A stretch of DNA of 64,000 nt from Tubiluchus corallicola (lineage: Eukaryota > Animalia > Priapulida): contig JAQGDQ010000176.1 of the NCBI GenBank assembly GCA_030141605.1, positions 380,384 to 444,383 on the forward strand, read 5' to 3'. Positions 42,811-53,430 of the stretch are shown one piece after another. The notes under the pieces are model-generated. The model was not told where the DNA came from. It did not search any database and was given only the letters and a program-made list of their open reading frames with translations. Each line of letters starts with the position of its first letter. Positions within the stretch are counted from its first letter, which is position 1. The position numbers and the translations under genes were made by a program.

Positions 42811-43899
42811 ATGGCTTGCCATCTTGACACCACAGATGCTGAGTTGGGATTTCTGGAACGCACTGCTTCATGGAAATTAACCAGTAAATACTTTCCCAGT
42901 AAACTAGGAGGAAAACCAGCTTGGCTTGCCTTGAAAAGTCTGCCAGATTCTAGCACACTTAAATGCAAAAGTTGTGGTAAGCCTAGTGTGTTTCTGTTGC
43001 AAATATATGCTCCAATTGAAGAAAATGAAGAGTGCTTTCACAGGACACTATTCGTGTTTGTGTGCAAAGACGCATCTTGCTATAAACAAAATAATAACAG
43101 CAACGTCATCGTTTTACGATCACAACTGCCACGTAAAAATGATTATTATCCCTTTGAACCACCCAATCTGGATAGTCCTCCAGAAATCACATATAATAAT
43201 ATTATTTCCACTTGTGTTGTATGTGGATGTGTTGGAGCAAAGTCCTGCTCTGCGTGCCATAAAGTTAAGTATTGTGGCAAGGATCATCAAATATTAGACT
43301 GGAAAGCTGGACACAAACAAGCCTGCAAAAAACTCAGCAAAAGTGATGAAAAAATCGTGGATTCCTCTATAGCTAGTGAAAAACTACTTTTTCCAGAATT
43401 GGAAATTGTCATTGAACCAGAAGATTATCCTGCAACAGACAAACGTGAACAGACTAATGATGAAGAAATGCATAATTATGAAAAATATATGTCAATGGAA
43501 GCTCCACAGCTTCAGAATAATTCGGCGGTAGAGGATGATCTCAATGAATTGGCTTTCAGTAAAAAAATGATTGACAAACAGTTTTCCGCTTTTAAGAAAC
43601 GAATCGAGCATAATCCCGATCAAGTCCTGAGATATGACAAAGGAGGCAAACCACTCTGGGTGACTAGCGCTGTAGAGGCAAAACCATCTTATATACCAGT
43701 TTGCGAGTGTGGAGCAGAAAGACAATTTGAGTTTCAGATCTTACCGCAGTTGTTATGTCACTTAGGACTCGGTACAGATAGCATTACTACTGATAGTATT
43801 GATTGGGGTACCCTAGCTGTCTACACTTGCAAGGATAGTTGTAGTCTACCTGGTAAATCGTACTACATCGAATTTATTTGGAAACAAGACTATTTGTAA
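42811..43899 (+). CDS. PDCD2: Programmed cell death protein 2 (MYND zinc finger plus PDCD2_C domain), intronless CDS
   Basis: 362-aa ORF with LGF, FPSKLGGKPAWL, FLLQIYAP, FHRTLFVFVC, VLRSQLPRKNDYY, MYND CVVCG..CSAC..YCGKDHQILDWKAGHKQAC, PDQVLRY, FEFQILPQLL and DWGTLAVYTC. Probable 5' UTR acceptor ttttgttttag at 42771. Confidence 0.97.
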   Translation: MACHLDTTDAELGFLERTASWKLTSKYFPSKLGGKPAWLALKSLPDSSTLKCKSCGKPSVFLLQIYAPIEENEECFHRTLFVFVCKDASCYKQNNNSNVIVLRSQLPRKNDYYPFEPPNLDSPPEITYNNIISTCVVCGCVGAKSCSACHKVKYCGKDHQILDWKAGHKQACKKLSKSDEKIVDSSIASEKLLFPELEIVIEPEDYPATDKREQTNDEEMHNYEKYMSMEAPQLQNNSAVEDDLNELAFSKKMIDKQFSAFKKRIEHNPDQVLRYDKGGKPLWVTSAVEAKPSYIPVCECGAERQFEFQILPQLLCHLGLGTDSITTDSIDWGTLAVYTCKDSCSLPGKSYYIEFIWKQDYL

Positions 43900-45510
43900 C
43901 AGTTGCTCTGACAGAAAAGTTAACTGATATTGTGACCAAATTTTAATCATTCTATTAATGTTCCTTTTGAGGGGAAAATCTGTCGTAAACGATTTTTTAA
44001 CTAACTAAGGTGTATACCGTACAAACTGTCTAAAAATGAACAGCAAGCAATGTTTTCTATATTTGTTTTGAGTGTCCGGAAACTAAATTTAAATTAAAAA
44101 ATTCAAGAAAGCTTGTGCCTAATTTTGTATCAATGAAGAGCACCTCAACCTGTCTGGTGCAATCAATTTACTCTCCCTTAGTGCCAAACTTTGTAGTAGA
44201 GGGTTTTTTAATTTACCCAAATGCGAGGTGGTGTAATATTGATGTACAAATTCGGTGAAAATTATTTTACACTGGTTAACCAAGTCATGATGGATGGCTA
44301 AAAGGAAGGGTCCAGACCTCCTTTCAGTCCTCTATATCCATTGGTGCAAATCATACATCACTACTGCACAAGTACTTGCAGTGTCACTTATTTAGAAGCT
44401 GACGTTTAAACAAAACGTGTTAAAGTTACTTTATCACTCTAGTTATTACTCCTTGCAGTATTTTCTACTGTTTTAGGCCTCCTTCTTGAGAGTAGTGTCA
44501 GCATAGTTGTGAATATAACTAGCATATCATAAACATTTTTGTACAGAACTACATATCATCTAAATAAACAATTAATCATAATCGGAAGGAGTTAAAATTT
44601 GTAGGCTGATCTAAAAAAACAAAACAGTCCCGTTAAAATGTTTCCTAAATTATTGGCAAAATCGAGCCCCTTAACATTAGGTGATTATGCCACTATAACA
44701 CTGGGTGATAAGTGCTATAATATGTAACACCATTTTATGAAGTCTGACCCACATATTTTGTAAGCCTCATCATGTGTTTATGTGTACTTCGCTTCAGTTA
44801 TAAATGTTTTCATTGTGAAGAAGTTCCTTTTCAAACATTTTTTACGTTAGATTTTAGCTTTATTGCTACAAAACTTTTGTAAAAAAAAATTGTGTAGCTT
44901 CTTGCTGTTTCCCTCTTACACTAAAATAATATAATTTAATTGATTTTCCAATTATAGTGAAAAAATATGTATAGTCACTTTCAAAGATATAAAATTTGAA
45001 ACACTTTATTTACAACATAAATGTCAGTCGTCAAAAACATTAATCAAAATTTACGATAACTTCAGCACAAGATCAATCATTTTAACGAACCCCATCACTA
45101 TTATCATGTATCATCATTACCAAGCAACTAAAGCAAGAATGTGTGCTAAAACAGAGCGGGGTATAAGAATTCCTTGTGTGGCTGAAAGAAGCAACAATGC
45201 ACATCAATTTTCACATTTATCGAAAAGCAATATAACTTCACAAACAAAATGTATACAGTTTTCACATAAATAAATAACAAATGTGTATTTGAGGCCTGTG
45301 CACAGGAAAATTTGGGGAAAATGAACAATGACACATATTATGTTATTATACGTTATGCCCAGAGGCAATGTGTAAAAAAGTTACAGGAAGAGATATCAGG
45401 TGTCTGATGTAACATCCAGTTGTCTAAACAGTAAATGTAGAAATCTGCAAGATGTCACTCTTCACACATCGCATTGTATTCTAGATATTATCTAGCTTTA
45501 ATTATTTATG

Positions 45511-48500
45511 TTATTGACGATTTCCGGGCAGCTCAAAAACCGTCATGTCATCATCGTCATCATCATTAACATCTAGTGGTGTCATTTCTTGATCTGTAGC
45601 TGTTGCTTTTAGTAAACCATACTTTTTGGTTCTCCCCTTTGATCTGTTTAACCTACAAATAAGTGAAAGTATTAAAATGATTTCTTCTTTCAATTGGCTA
45701 ATCAATGGCACCATTGAGCAACACGAATAAAAAATATTAAAGACTTTTAAACAAAATGTGAGACTAAATTAAAGCATAATATAGAAAATGTTGTTATTGT
45801 AGCATTTTAGCACCAATATGAATTTACATGTACTGCATCTGCTACTGACTACTACTGAACAATTGTCCTACTTGTTAATCTGGCTCCGACTAAATTAGGA
45901 GCTAAGGTCTAGGTCTAACCCAACATAGCGAAAACTGTCCAGATTGTAAAAGCTGTTTGCGGTTTATTCTTTGCTAAATGGCCAGAAAGTCCATATATTA
46001 TGCAACAGTAAAGAATATTCAGGATCTTTGGTGCAAAGTTTGAAAAAATACCTCTATATTACGCTTTTTACAGAGTTATAAAGCAAGAATAATAATGAAA
46101 TAAAGTTGTAGGTTCTCAACAAGTGCTATCTGAAAAATGTTTAAATGAAAGAAGATTTGAGAGAAAATAATAACTAGTTGACAATGTTTCTGACGTGGTC
46201 AGAAACTGCAGATTTTGCAACAATAGTTATAAAATTGGGTCTTAAAAATGAGGAGATGACAGTTTTTCTTGAAAGTGCTTATTTCCTTTTATTGAATCCA
46301 CCTTGCTTGAATACATGGGAAGTGCATTTCACAATGAAACCTCTGCATTTAACTGTTCAGCCCATCACCCACGGGTCAAAGGTCAACCAATCTTGGCATA
46401 ACTATATCATTCAGTTTGCCTCACTGAGACCTTTCATTTGATACACAACAAGCTATGGTAGACCCTGGAAAGCATTTGTCTCCTTGACTCCTATTTTGCC
46501 CCTAATGGGGTCACAGGGTAACGATTTACATTGTGATCTGTACCATTTGATTTGCCTCATCAAGACCTTTCATTTGATGTGCTACAAGATACCATTGCTC
46601 AACACTTCGTGCACTTCAGTTCCCGAACTTCGTTTTTCGGTTTTTGCCCCCTAGCGGGGTTGCGGATTAGCTATTCTCGTTTTAACCTGTGCCAATCGAT
46701 CTGCCTCATTGAGACCTTTCATTTGATATGCTACAAGGTACCACTGCTCAACAGTCTGTCCACTTCTGTTCCCGACCTCCATTTTTCAGTTTTTGCCACC
46801 AAATTTTGCTAAACGCGTGCGTCCCTAGCAAGGCCACAACACCACCTAGCAACATACCAAATATTGTGACCCTAGCTGAAAAACTGTGGGAGCAGATGGA
46901 CCATAAAGAAAAATAAATGAAGACCCGCTCGCTCCTTGACCTTTGACCCGACAACTCTGGTCACGTGTATACGTAGATTGCTTCGCCCAGAGAGTGTACC
47001 CAGTGAGTTTTGTGTCCCTAGCTCTCAGCATGTAAAACGTCAGTAATTGGGGGGCCCATATTTTGCATTTTGGCTTCTCTGTCGGACATTTAAAACTTGG
47101 GAGTTTGATGACCCTAGCTTGCAAGGCTCACGAGTTATTAAGCGTTAAAGTGGCGGAGAATAAATAAGATTAAAAATAAATAACTTAACGAAAAACAGTA
47201 AGATTTTGCTATCTTAATTTTTAGATTTAGTCTTGGGTTAAATTTAAAATTATACACGGTAGGGCCTCGATTAACAGGAAAGTCCAGTTCTGAGAAGTCA
47301 AAAAGCCTTGATAATCATACTTACCAAAATTTTGCTCAAAATGTAGGACAATTTTTGCAATACTAAATGCAGAAGCAATAGAAAAGTATGTTGTTTTTTA
47401 CTAGTGATTTTAGCTGCACGAGTTCCTCTACGTTTCACAAAAAATAAAAATAATGTTAGTGCTTAATGAACACATAACCACAGCAGGGACGACCGATCAT
47501 GGAAAATCCTGATTCCGATTATTGCTGTCCACCCAATCCCGGTATCCAGTCATGCCCGATTGCCAATTATTCCTACCCTAAACCTTTTATCAGTTATTAC
47601 AGCATGAGGTACTACGTGCCTTGCTTAAAACTACTGTTTCATTTGTTGGCTTGATATGATTTGACATTTATATCTTTTCACTTTGACAGCCGTTTCTTTG
47701 CTCCTCAGCTTAATTTGTCACTAGAAGTTCTTCTGTTAGCTTTAAGTTAGTTTAACTACAAAAGTGGCTAATTCGTTAACCTACGTGACTTTTTACCGCC
47801 CTTTCTCTATGTACTTGATGTTTATTGTGTATAATTACAAGATCTTAATCTGAATGTGAAATATGCTAGTTTTCTATTAAATGTATAATGCACTTGAAAA
47901 TTTTTGCTCTCTAAAAAATATAAGGCAAGCTAGACATTTATTTAAAAGAAAAAAAATGTTAGAGGAAGAATTTTATATGCGAATTACAAACAGATGTGCA
48001 GTGTGCAAATCAGCAAAGTTCTTTGTAAGTACTTCGTGATAACTACTAGTTATAACACAGCACATGAAAACTCAGGAATATGAATAAAAGCGAAATTTAG
48101 CATTAGGCCGGCCATAAAAAAATTGTTTCTGTCTTACCTCACGAGCTCAATTTTTAAAGCTGAATGGTGGAATATTTAAAATCAATTGAAATCAAAGTAT
48201 GTTTATTTCCCACTGATTAGCAGTAATGTTTAAATTTTTCAATACACTTTTTTTCATGCTTCGTTATTAGTTTCGCATTACTAAATTATCATATAATTAT
48301 CGATTATTGAATAGTCTCTTTTTTGTATCATGAACGTTCTGATAATTATGATATAAGTGGCAACATTACTCGGCTGTTAATACAACAATATGGAGGAAAT
48401 TCGATACTTTTTAGCCTCCAATACAATCATACAAAATGGCAACGTTGGCTAAGAGCTAGCCATGGAAAAACATTGCTACGTCCTGCGTTCCCAGAAACAA

Positions 48501-50009
48501 CCATGTTACAATAATTATAGCATTTTACCTTTATAAATAAAAAATACGCTTTTATATGACTGTGTCAAGTAATCATATGAACTTGCAAATTTTTTTTTAT
48601 AAAATTCCCGGCCTGGTGCACGATGAAAAAATATTACCTGGGCGATTAGACGGAAACTGCATTTTTATTGTCGGCCTTAGGTACATTGAATTTACTTTTT
48701 AAACAAAGTAGGTCAGTTAAGTGTATCACAATTTTTTTTACATTTCCCTGTCCCAATGTTAGACAAATCGGGAGGCACCTATGACCGGGCCCAATCGCCG
48801 ATTGTATGATCGGAATTGGCCATCGCTGAACCACAGATTTGTAGTAATGTTAAAGCATAAGGATCATTTGCATTATTGGAGTCCATTTTGCATTACGGTG
48901 CAAGTAAGTAATGTGAGTAGAAAAGAAAGAAGCTAAAAATTGTAAAAAAGTGCAATGAAATGATGAGGTGATACTGATAAAAATGCTGTGAAATGGCTAT
49001 CATCAAGCTCAAACCTGTTATAAACAGGGACAGATTGTAAGTGGTATGCAACATGATACATGCAATATGGAAAAAATAGGCAAGACCAAATCCACCTAAT
49101 ATGTATTAGAGAGATACGTTTTCATCATCTTCTTAAATCTAGCGTTTCATCATCTTAAATCTAGTTTATTGTTCACAAACATTGTAACACTTTGGTGTCA
49201 TTAACCACCATAACATTGGTGGTTAGTGTAGTTAATGTTACAACTGCCATAGGCTTCATAATTTGAGCATCTTTTGGTTAATTTCTTTATAGAGTTCAAA
49301 AGGTAAAAAGATTTTACAGAGCAGTCTAAGAGAATTGAGCATGTGCAGTCTGTGAAGAGCACCATAGTACACTTTGCGTCAGTACAGTATTAAAAATAAA
49401 ACGGACAAAGTTTCGTTATCTAGTTTGATTAGATTGGTGCCAATAACCCAATATTCTGGATAACTGGAATCCAGATAATCAAAGTCCTACTGTATCTAGG
49501 CTGTTACTGTTACTGTTAGACTTAGAGTCTATGTATAGGCTACATGTAATGTTCATAACTAATATTAATGTATAATAAAAACCTGTGTACACTCTTGCAA
49601 GTGTAAACTAAATAAATTACTTGTAATACCTTATGGCTCTAATGACAAAGTATACGACTACTATGCCACTAATTGCCATTCCAACATAAATCATCCGAGT
49701 CATGGTCCCTTTTTTATACATATTGTGAACGAAACCATAACTGGTATCAGTTGCTTGAGGCATTTTATTATCACTCGGTTTTTTTCCTGAAACCTGTCCA
49801 TTTGGGGCAGTACTGTTATTTGACTGTATCGTAGAATTACCAGCACTTGCCGAACCCTTTTCTGTTGATTTCAACGATTTAGCTGCAGTATTGCCACTTA
49901 TCGACGCCTTTTGATCGACATTCTGATCACTTACAGACAAACATGCCGTTAGTAAAACACAGAAAAATATTACTTGTGCGTGTGCCACTATTATTTTATT
50001 ACGCTCCAT
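45511..50009 (-). CDS. FAM174: FAM174 family (DUF1180/TMEM157) single-pass membrane protein
   Basis: Exons 50009-49630 and 45652-45511 joined by a phase 2 GT-AG intron. Signal peptide, Ser/Thr-rich ectodomain, TM helix, then R|LNRSKGRTKKYGLL...EMTPLDVNDDDDDDMTVFE, the typical FAM174 tail. Confidence 0.88.
46172..47217 (-). mobile_element. Helentron-associated (HINE/DINE-1-like) non-autonomous element with ~140-bp internal core repeats
   Basis: Terminal aactag, hairpin gtttctgac-gtg-gtcagaaac and subTIR agattttgc near 46210, with agattttgc repeated at 47201. Three core repeats carry agacctttcatttgat (about 46427, 46563, 46712); A-rich simple repeat at 47160-47185. Confidence 0.68.
47484..48828. 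mobile_element. hAT-type non-autonomous element, middle layer
   Basis: Perfect 8-bp TSD AACCACAG at 47476-47483 and 48829-48836; ends cagggacgaccgatc and gatcggaattggccatcgctg; subterminal ccgat/atcgg repeats. Confidence 0.85.
48106..48676. mobile_element. PIF/Harbinger-type MITE, inner layer
   Basis: TTA on both sides (48103-48105, 48677-48679); imperfect TIRs ggccggccataaaaaaattgtttctgtct and agacggaaactgcatttttattgtcggcc. Confidence 0.78.
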
Positions 50010-50269
50010 TTCAAATAATCTTTAATCGCTATAACTTCTTATTAAAATAATAAACAGAAAAAAATCACACGCCATGTTTTATCTACGTACGTCACTTCGT
50101 GGCTTGTGCTGCCCTCTATTGAGAGACTTGCTAAAATAAAAATTGTCTACGGCCGTGCAGACTACACACATTACTTGTTAATACGTATTATAAAATATAT
50201 GTGTAATAGCGATTAACATATTTTAAAGTCCAGATTTAAAACTACGTAGTACAGCAACGGACAGTTTGT

Positions 50270-50815
50270 AGAGAAAAATCATGTAACAGACATGGAACAA
50301 GAAGATTTTGTGCCAGGGCGTACCCGGCGTAGTACAAACAGATACCTTTTTTGTCTGGTAGCTACTCTAGAGCAAAATCTACAGCGTGATATGAAATCAC
50401 TGGCTATCTGCTGTGACTTCGAAAGGGCATTTAAATAGCGTGTGGTGCCAAGGCCTCTTGTATCAACTACTTCGAGCAGACGTCAAAGGCAACTTCCTTG
50501 GTTTAATAAAGGACTTTCTCTACAATAGAACTGTAAATCTGAAAATAGATGAATATTTTTCTGGTGACCTTAAGTGTAGCATTGAAATCACGCCCCTCTT
50601 GTTTATTATATATGTTTCAAGTATGTTTGATGCTATTAAAATGATTACTAATAATATTCATGTTTATAAGTTTGCTGATGATGGCACAATTGTGGTAGGT
50701 GAGGGCACGTCTAACAATTGCTATACTGCAGCACAAAAGCGTTGCGACGAACTTCATTTGTGGTGTCATAAGTGGAGACTAGTTATAAACACCTCTCCTA
50801 ATAAAGCTATTGGTC
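50270..50815 (+). mobile_element. Decayed LINE reverse transcriptase core fragment
   Basis: EQEDF.PGR, DFERAF/NSVWCQGLLYQL, LIKDFLYNRTV, PLLFIIYVSSM, YKFADDGTIV and LWCHKWRLVIN; frameshifted and cut at its 3' side by a Helitron copy. Confidence 0.85.
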
Positions 50816-50829
50816 GGGATGACAAGTCC

Positions 50830-51086
50830 CTAGGTTTAGGACACGTCCACCAAGAAGAGTGACAAAGAGTTAATTAGTGTTCCATTTTTGGCAATTTTTG
50901 CTTGGAAAACTGGTGACGCAAAACCATTGTCCTGACGTCATCCATTATATGTGCATATAACATTATAACTTTAATTCAGTAAAAGCTGACTGGCTTTGCA
51001 TTATAAATGAGGACTATGTAGAATGTTCGCGCATTATTGGTTATAAGTGTATTTGTGCGCAAAATTTTTCGTGAGGCCTTTGCTAG
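50830..51086 (+). mobile_element. 5'-truncated Helitron copy (family of 37215-38014)
   Basis: Aligns to about 37725-38014 (gagttaattag...ggcaattttt...aaaactg.tgacgcaaa.ccattgt...tgacgtcatccatt) and ends ggcctttgCTAG|T. Confidence 0.85.
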
Positions 51087-51105
51087 TTATTTCGTTAATT
51101 CTTTA

Positions 51106-51173
51106 CTAGCAAAAGCCCCACAATCGAATGGAATATATATATATATAACATACCAGCAAAATTAATACATAGA
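51106..51173 (-). mobile_element. 68-bp mini-Helitron consisting only of the two termini
   Basis: Minus strand reads TCtatgtattaattttgctggtatgt(ta)n ttccattcgattgtggggcttttgCTAG|T, i.e. the family 5' end fused to its 3' end. Confidence 0.75.
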
Positions 51174-51798
51174 CTAGCAAAGGCCCCGGAAAAAACTTTG
51201 TGTCAGCAGTTTTCCAAGCGAAAATTGCCAAAAATAGAACATCTAATTAACTCGTCGGCACTCCTCTTGGCGGACGGGTACTAAACGTACTACACCACCG
51301 TGTAGCCCTGTTCTTCCTCTTTCTAAAGAGCTACATATCTCCTTTCGAGAGTCCCACCAGGCGCCGCTAGAACGTTTTTCTGCAAGCTGGTTGACCAAAA
51401 TTTCGAAAAAATCGGGAGTTGGGTCCGGGAAAATGCCCGTTACGGGACGCCGTGGCCTTCTCGCGGAATCTAACTACGCCTGCTACACCCACCGCTGAGC
51501 GCGCTATCTATCCATAGCCAGCACCACCCCAAGCCCGTTCCCGTTCTCCAGAAATGAAGTATAAGTTTTGCAAAAAAAACGGCCGAAAAATGGCCATTTT
51601 TGGAGGGGTTTTTCGCCTCCCGTTCGTCCCGGTGGGCCCGATTCGGAAAATAAACCGCCAATGAGACCACACTAGATCGAGACCTTTCATTTGATGTACA
51701 GATCGCCGCAAATGGTGCCGTGTCGGAGCTGTAGCCTCGAATATATATAATTCGTTATATATATATATAAAACATACCACGGAAATTAATATTTACGA
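51174..51798 (-). mobile_element. Internally deleted Helitron copy (family of 37215-38014)
   Basis: Minus strand A|TCgtaaatattaatttccgtggtatg...ttcgaggctacagctccgac...ggggcctttgCTAG; reverse-complement homology to about 37215-37816 plus the 3' end. Confidence 0.88.
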
Positions 51799-52627
51799 TT
51801 AATTACTTGAAGTACTTTGGCGCACGTGAAAGCGTGTTTGTACGTAATCGTCGTAAGTTTTCTTGTTCTATTTTATGGGAGCCTTAACTCATTAAGCATA
51901 ACCTTAGACCACAACTTCGCATTATTAAATTTTCGTTAATGTCGGTTTGAATAGAATGCAGAAAACGTGGCATAGGCCATACTCATTCGTTTAGAATACA
52001 CCACAGAGATACCAGCAAAATGCATCACAATAAATAGAAGTGATGGAACACAAATAAATAAGTTAAACATAAATTCAATTTAAAAGTTAAATTTGACGTA
52101 AACTGAAACTCAGAGCAACAAACTGAGTAATACGCAGCTTCGAAAAAATTCATCCCTTCCATTCATTCAGCTTATGCCCATCCTAATCAGCTGCAACATA
52201 GCAGAAAGGTAAAATTGATCCAGAACTGAGGTTCCACCGTCGCCAACGTCCAGCGGAAGTTGAGCTGCGTAATAATTAGTGGCATTACGCAGCTCACATG
52301 CTCTAGAGCACCAGCTGATAAACGTGCTTTCTTGTTATAAGCTTCTGGATTTCATATTTAGCCATCGCGTAACTTGACACCACGGCACTTAGAAACATTA
52401 GTCTATTGAAATAAGAATTGTGCAATACAAACTAACTTTTTATAACTAGATTATAATAACCCGTATTTTGACGATTTTTTTTGCCGACCTGCTTCAAGCG
52501 TTTCATGCTCGAATGTACACAATAACAATAATAACATCGCTCACAGTGTGCTGCAATTGCAACTACATTTCTCTAGAGAACTGACTATCACAGAGTGCAC
52601 ATAAGTTGAAAAGCGTGAAAAAACAAC

Positions 52628-52715
52628 ATGGGAAACTCTATCGGGTGGCCTTCAGATCTGGAACTGTCGGATTTTCAGAGAAGAAAGCTGTTGTATGATT
52701 ACTACACGTTTTACG
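52628..52715 (+). CDS. First coding exon of a calexcitin / sarcoplasmic calcium-binding protein-like EF-hand gene; remaining exons not found in the window
   Basis: aacATGg start, MGNSIGWPSDLELSDFQRRKLLYDYYTFY, then a consensus donor G|GTAAGT (phase 1, compatible with the Asp opening EF-hand 1). Resembles the recalled squid calexcitin N-terminus LSDFQRNKILRVFNTFYD. Confidence 0.72.
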
Positions 52716-53235
52716 GTAAGTAAGAACACTAATCAAAGCAATTAAAAGCATTCGGTCTTAATCTATAGTATAGGGCCTACTGTTTTGTACGTATTACATT
52801 CCCGTTAAGTTTTGTTTCTAGGATATTTTGCTGAGTAACGTTGCTTTTCTCACTATAGTGTCTACACACGCACCTGCAGACATTTTATTTGTGTGACTAC
52901 TGTGGCTGGGTTTGGGATACTTTACCCTTACCGTGAGGGTGTTTTATTCAGTTTTTATGTTAATTTTACACGTAAATATCTCAGCTATACGTTAATATTG
53001 GCCGTGAAAATGCCAATTTCACTTAGAGAGGCTTATATTTTTTCATAATTAGTCTAATTTTTCACAGGAATAGGAAACCTGCAGTACATAATACACATGC
53101 TTAAAAGCAAACAGGACGATTTTTCAGATACCGTCTGATTTTGATGTATAGTATAGTGAAATATGAAGTATACACTTTATCGCCAATAATAATGCAAAAA
53201 TGTTTCTTATAGTTAAATATTAACTTAATAACTTA

Positions 53236-53430
53236 ATTAAGATACGGTGAGCACAATTATGACGTCACAAGGGAACACGATTTCCACACGGCAAAAACGT
53301 GTTTACAAAAGCGAACATTGAAATACGGTGCTGCTGTACAGCATTGATTATGACTTACGCCAACTCCGCAAATTTTAAGTTCAAACTTTAAATTCCAAAT
53401 TTGCCGCTGTCATCGTCCATTGAATCATGC
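53236..53430 (+). repeat. Diverged interspersed repeat, homologous to about 56860-57040
   Basis: Shared blocks gac(g/a)tcacaa..gaaca.gattt, acgt.ttt.caaaa..gaa.attgaa and aaattttaagtt.aaa.tt.aaatt.c.aattt.cc.ctgt. Class unresolved. Confidence 0.6.

Larger units (their letters stand above)
47257..49492. mobile_element. Old pogo/Tigger-like MITE, outer layer of a nested insertion
   Basis: Degenerate TIRs cggtagggcctcgattaacagga and tccagataatcaaagtcctactg|ta. Confidence 0.62.
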
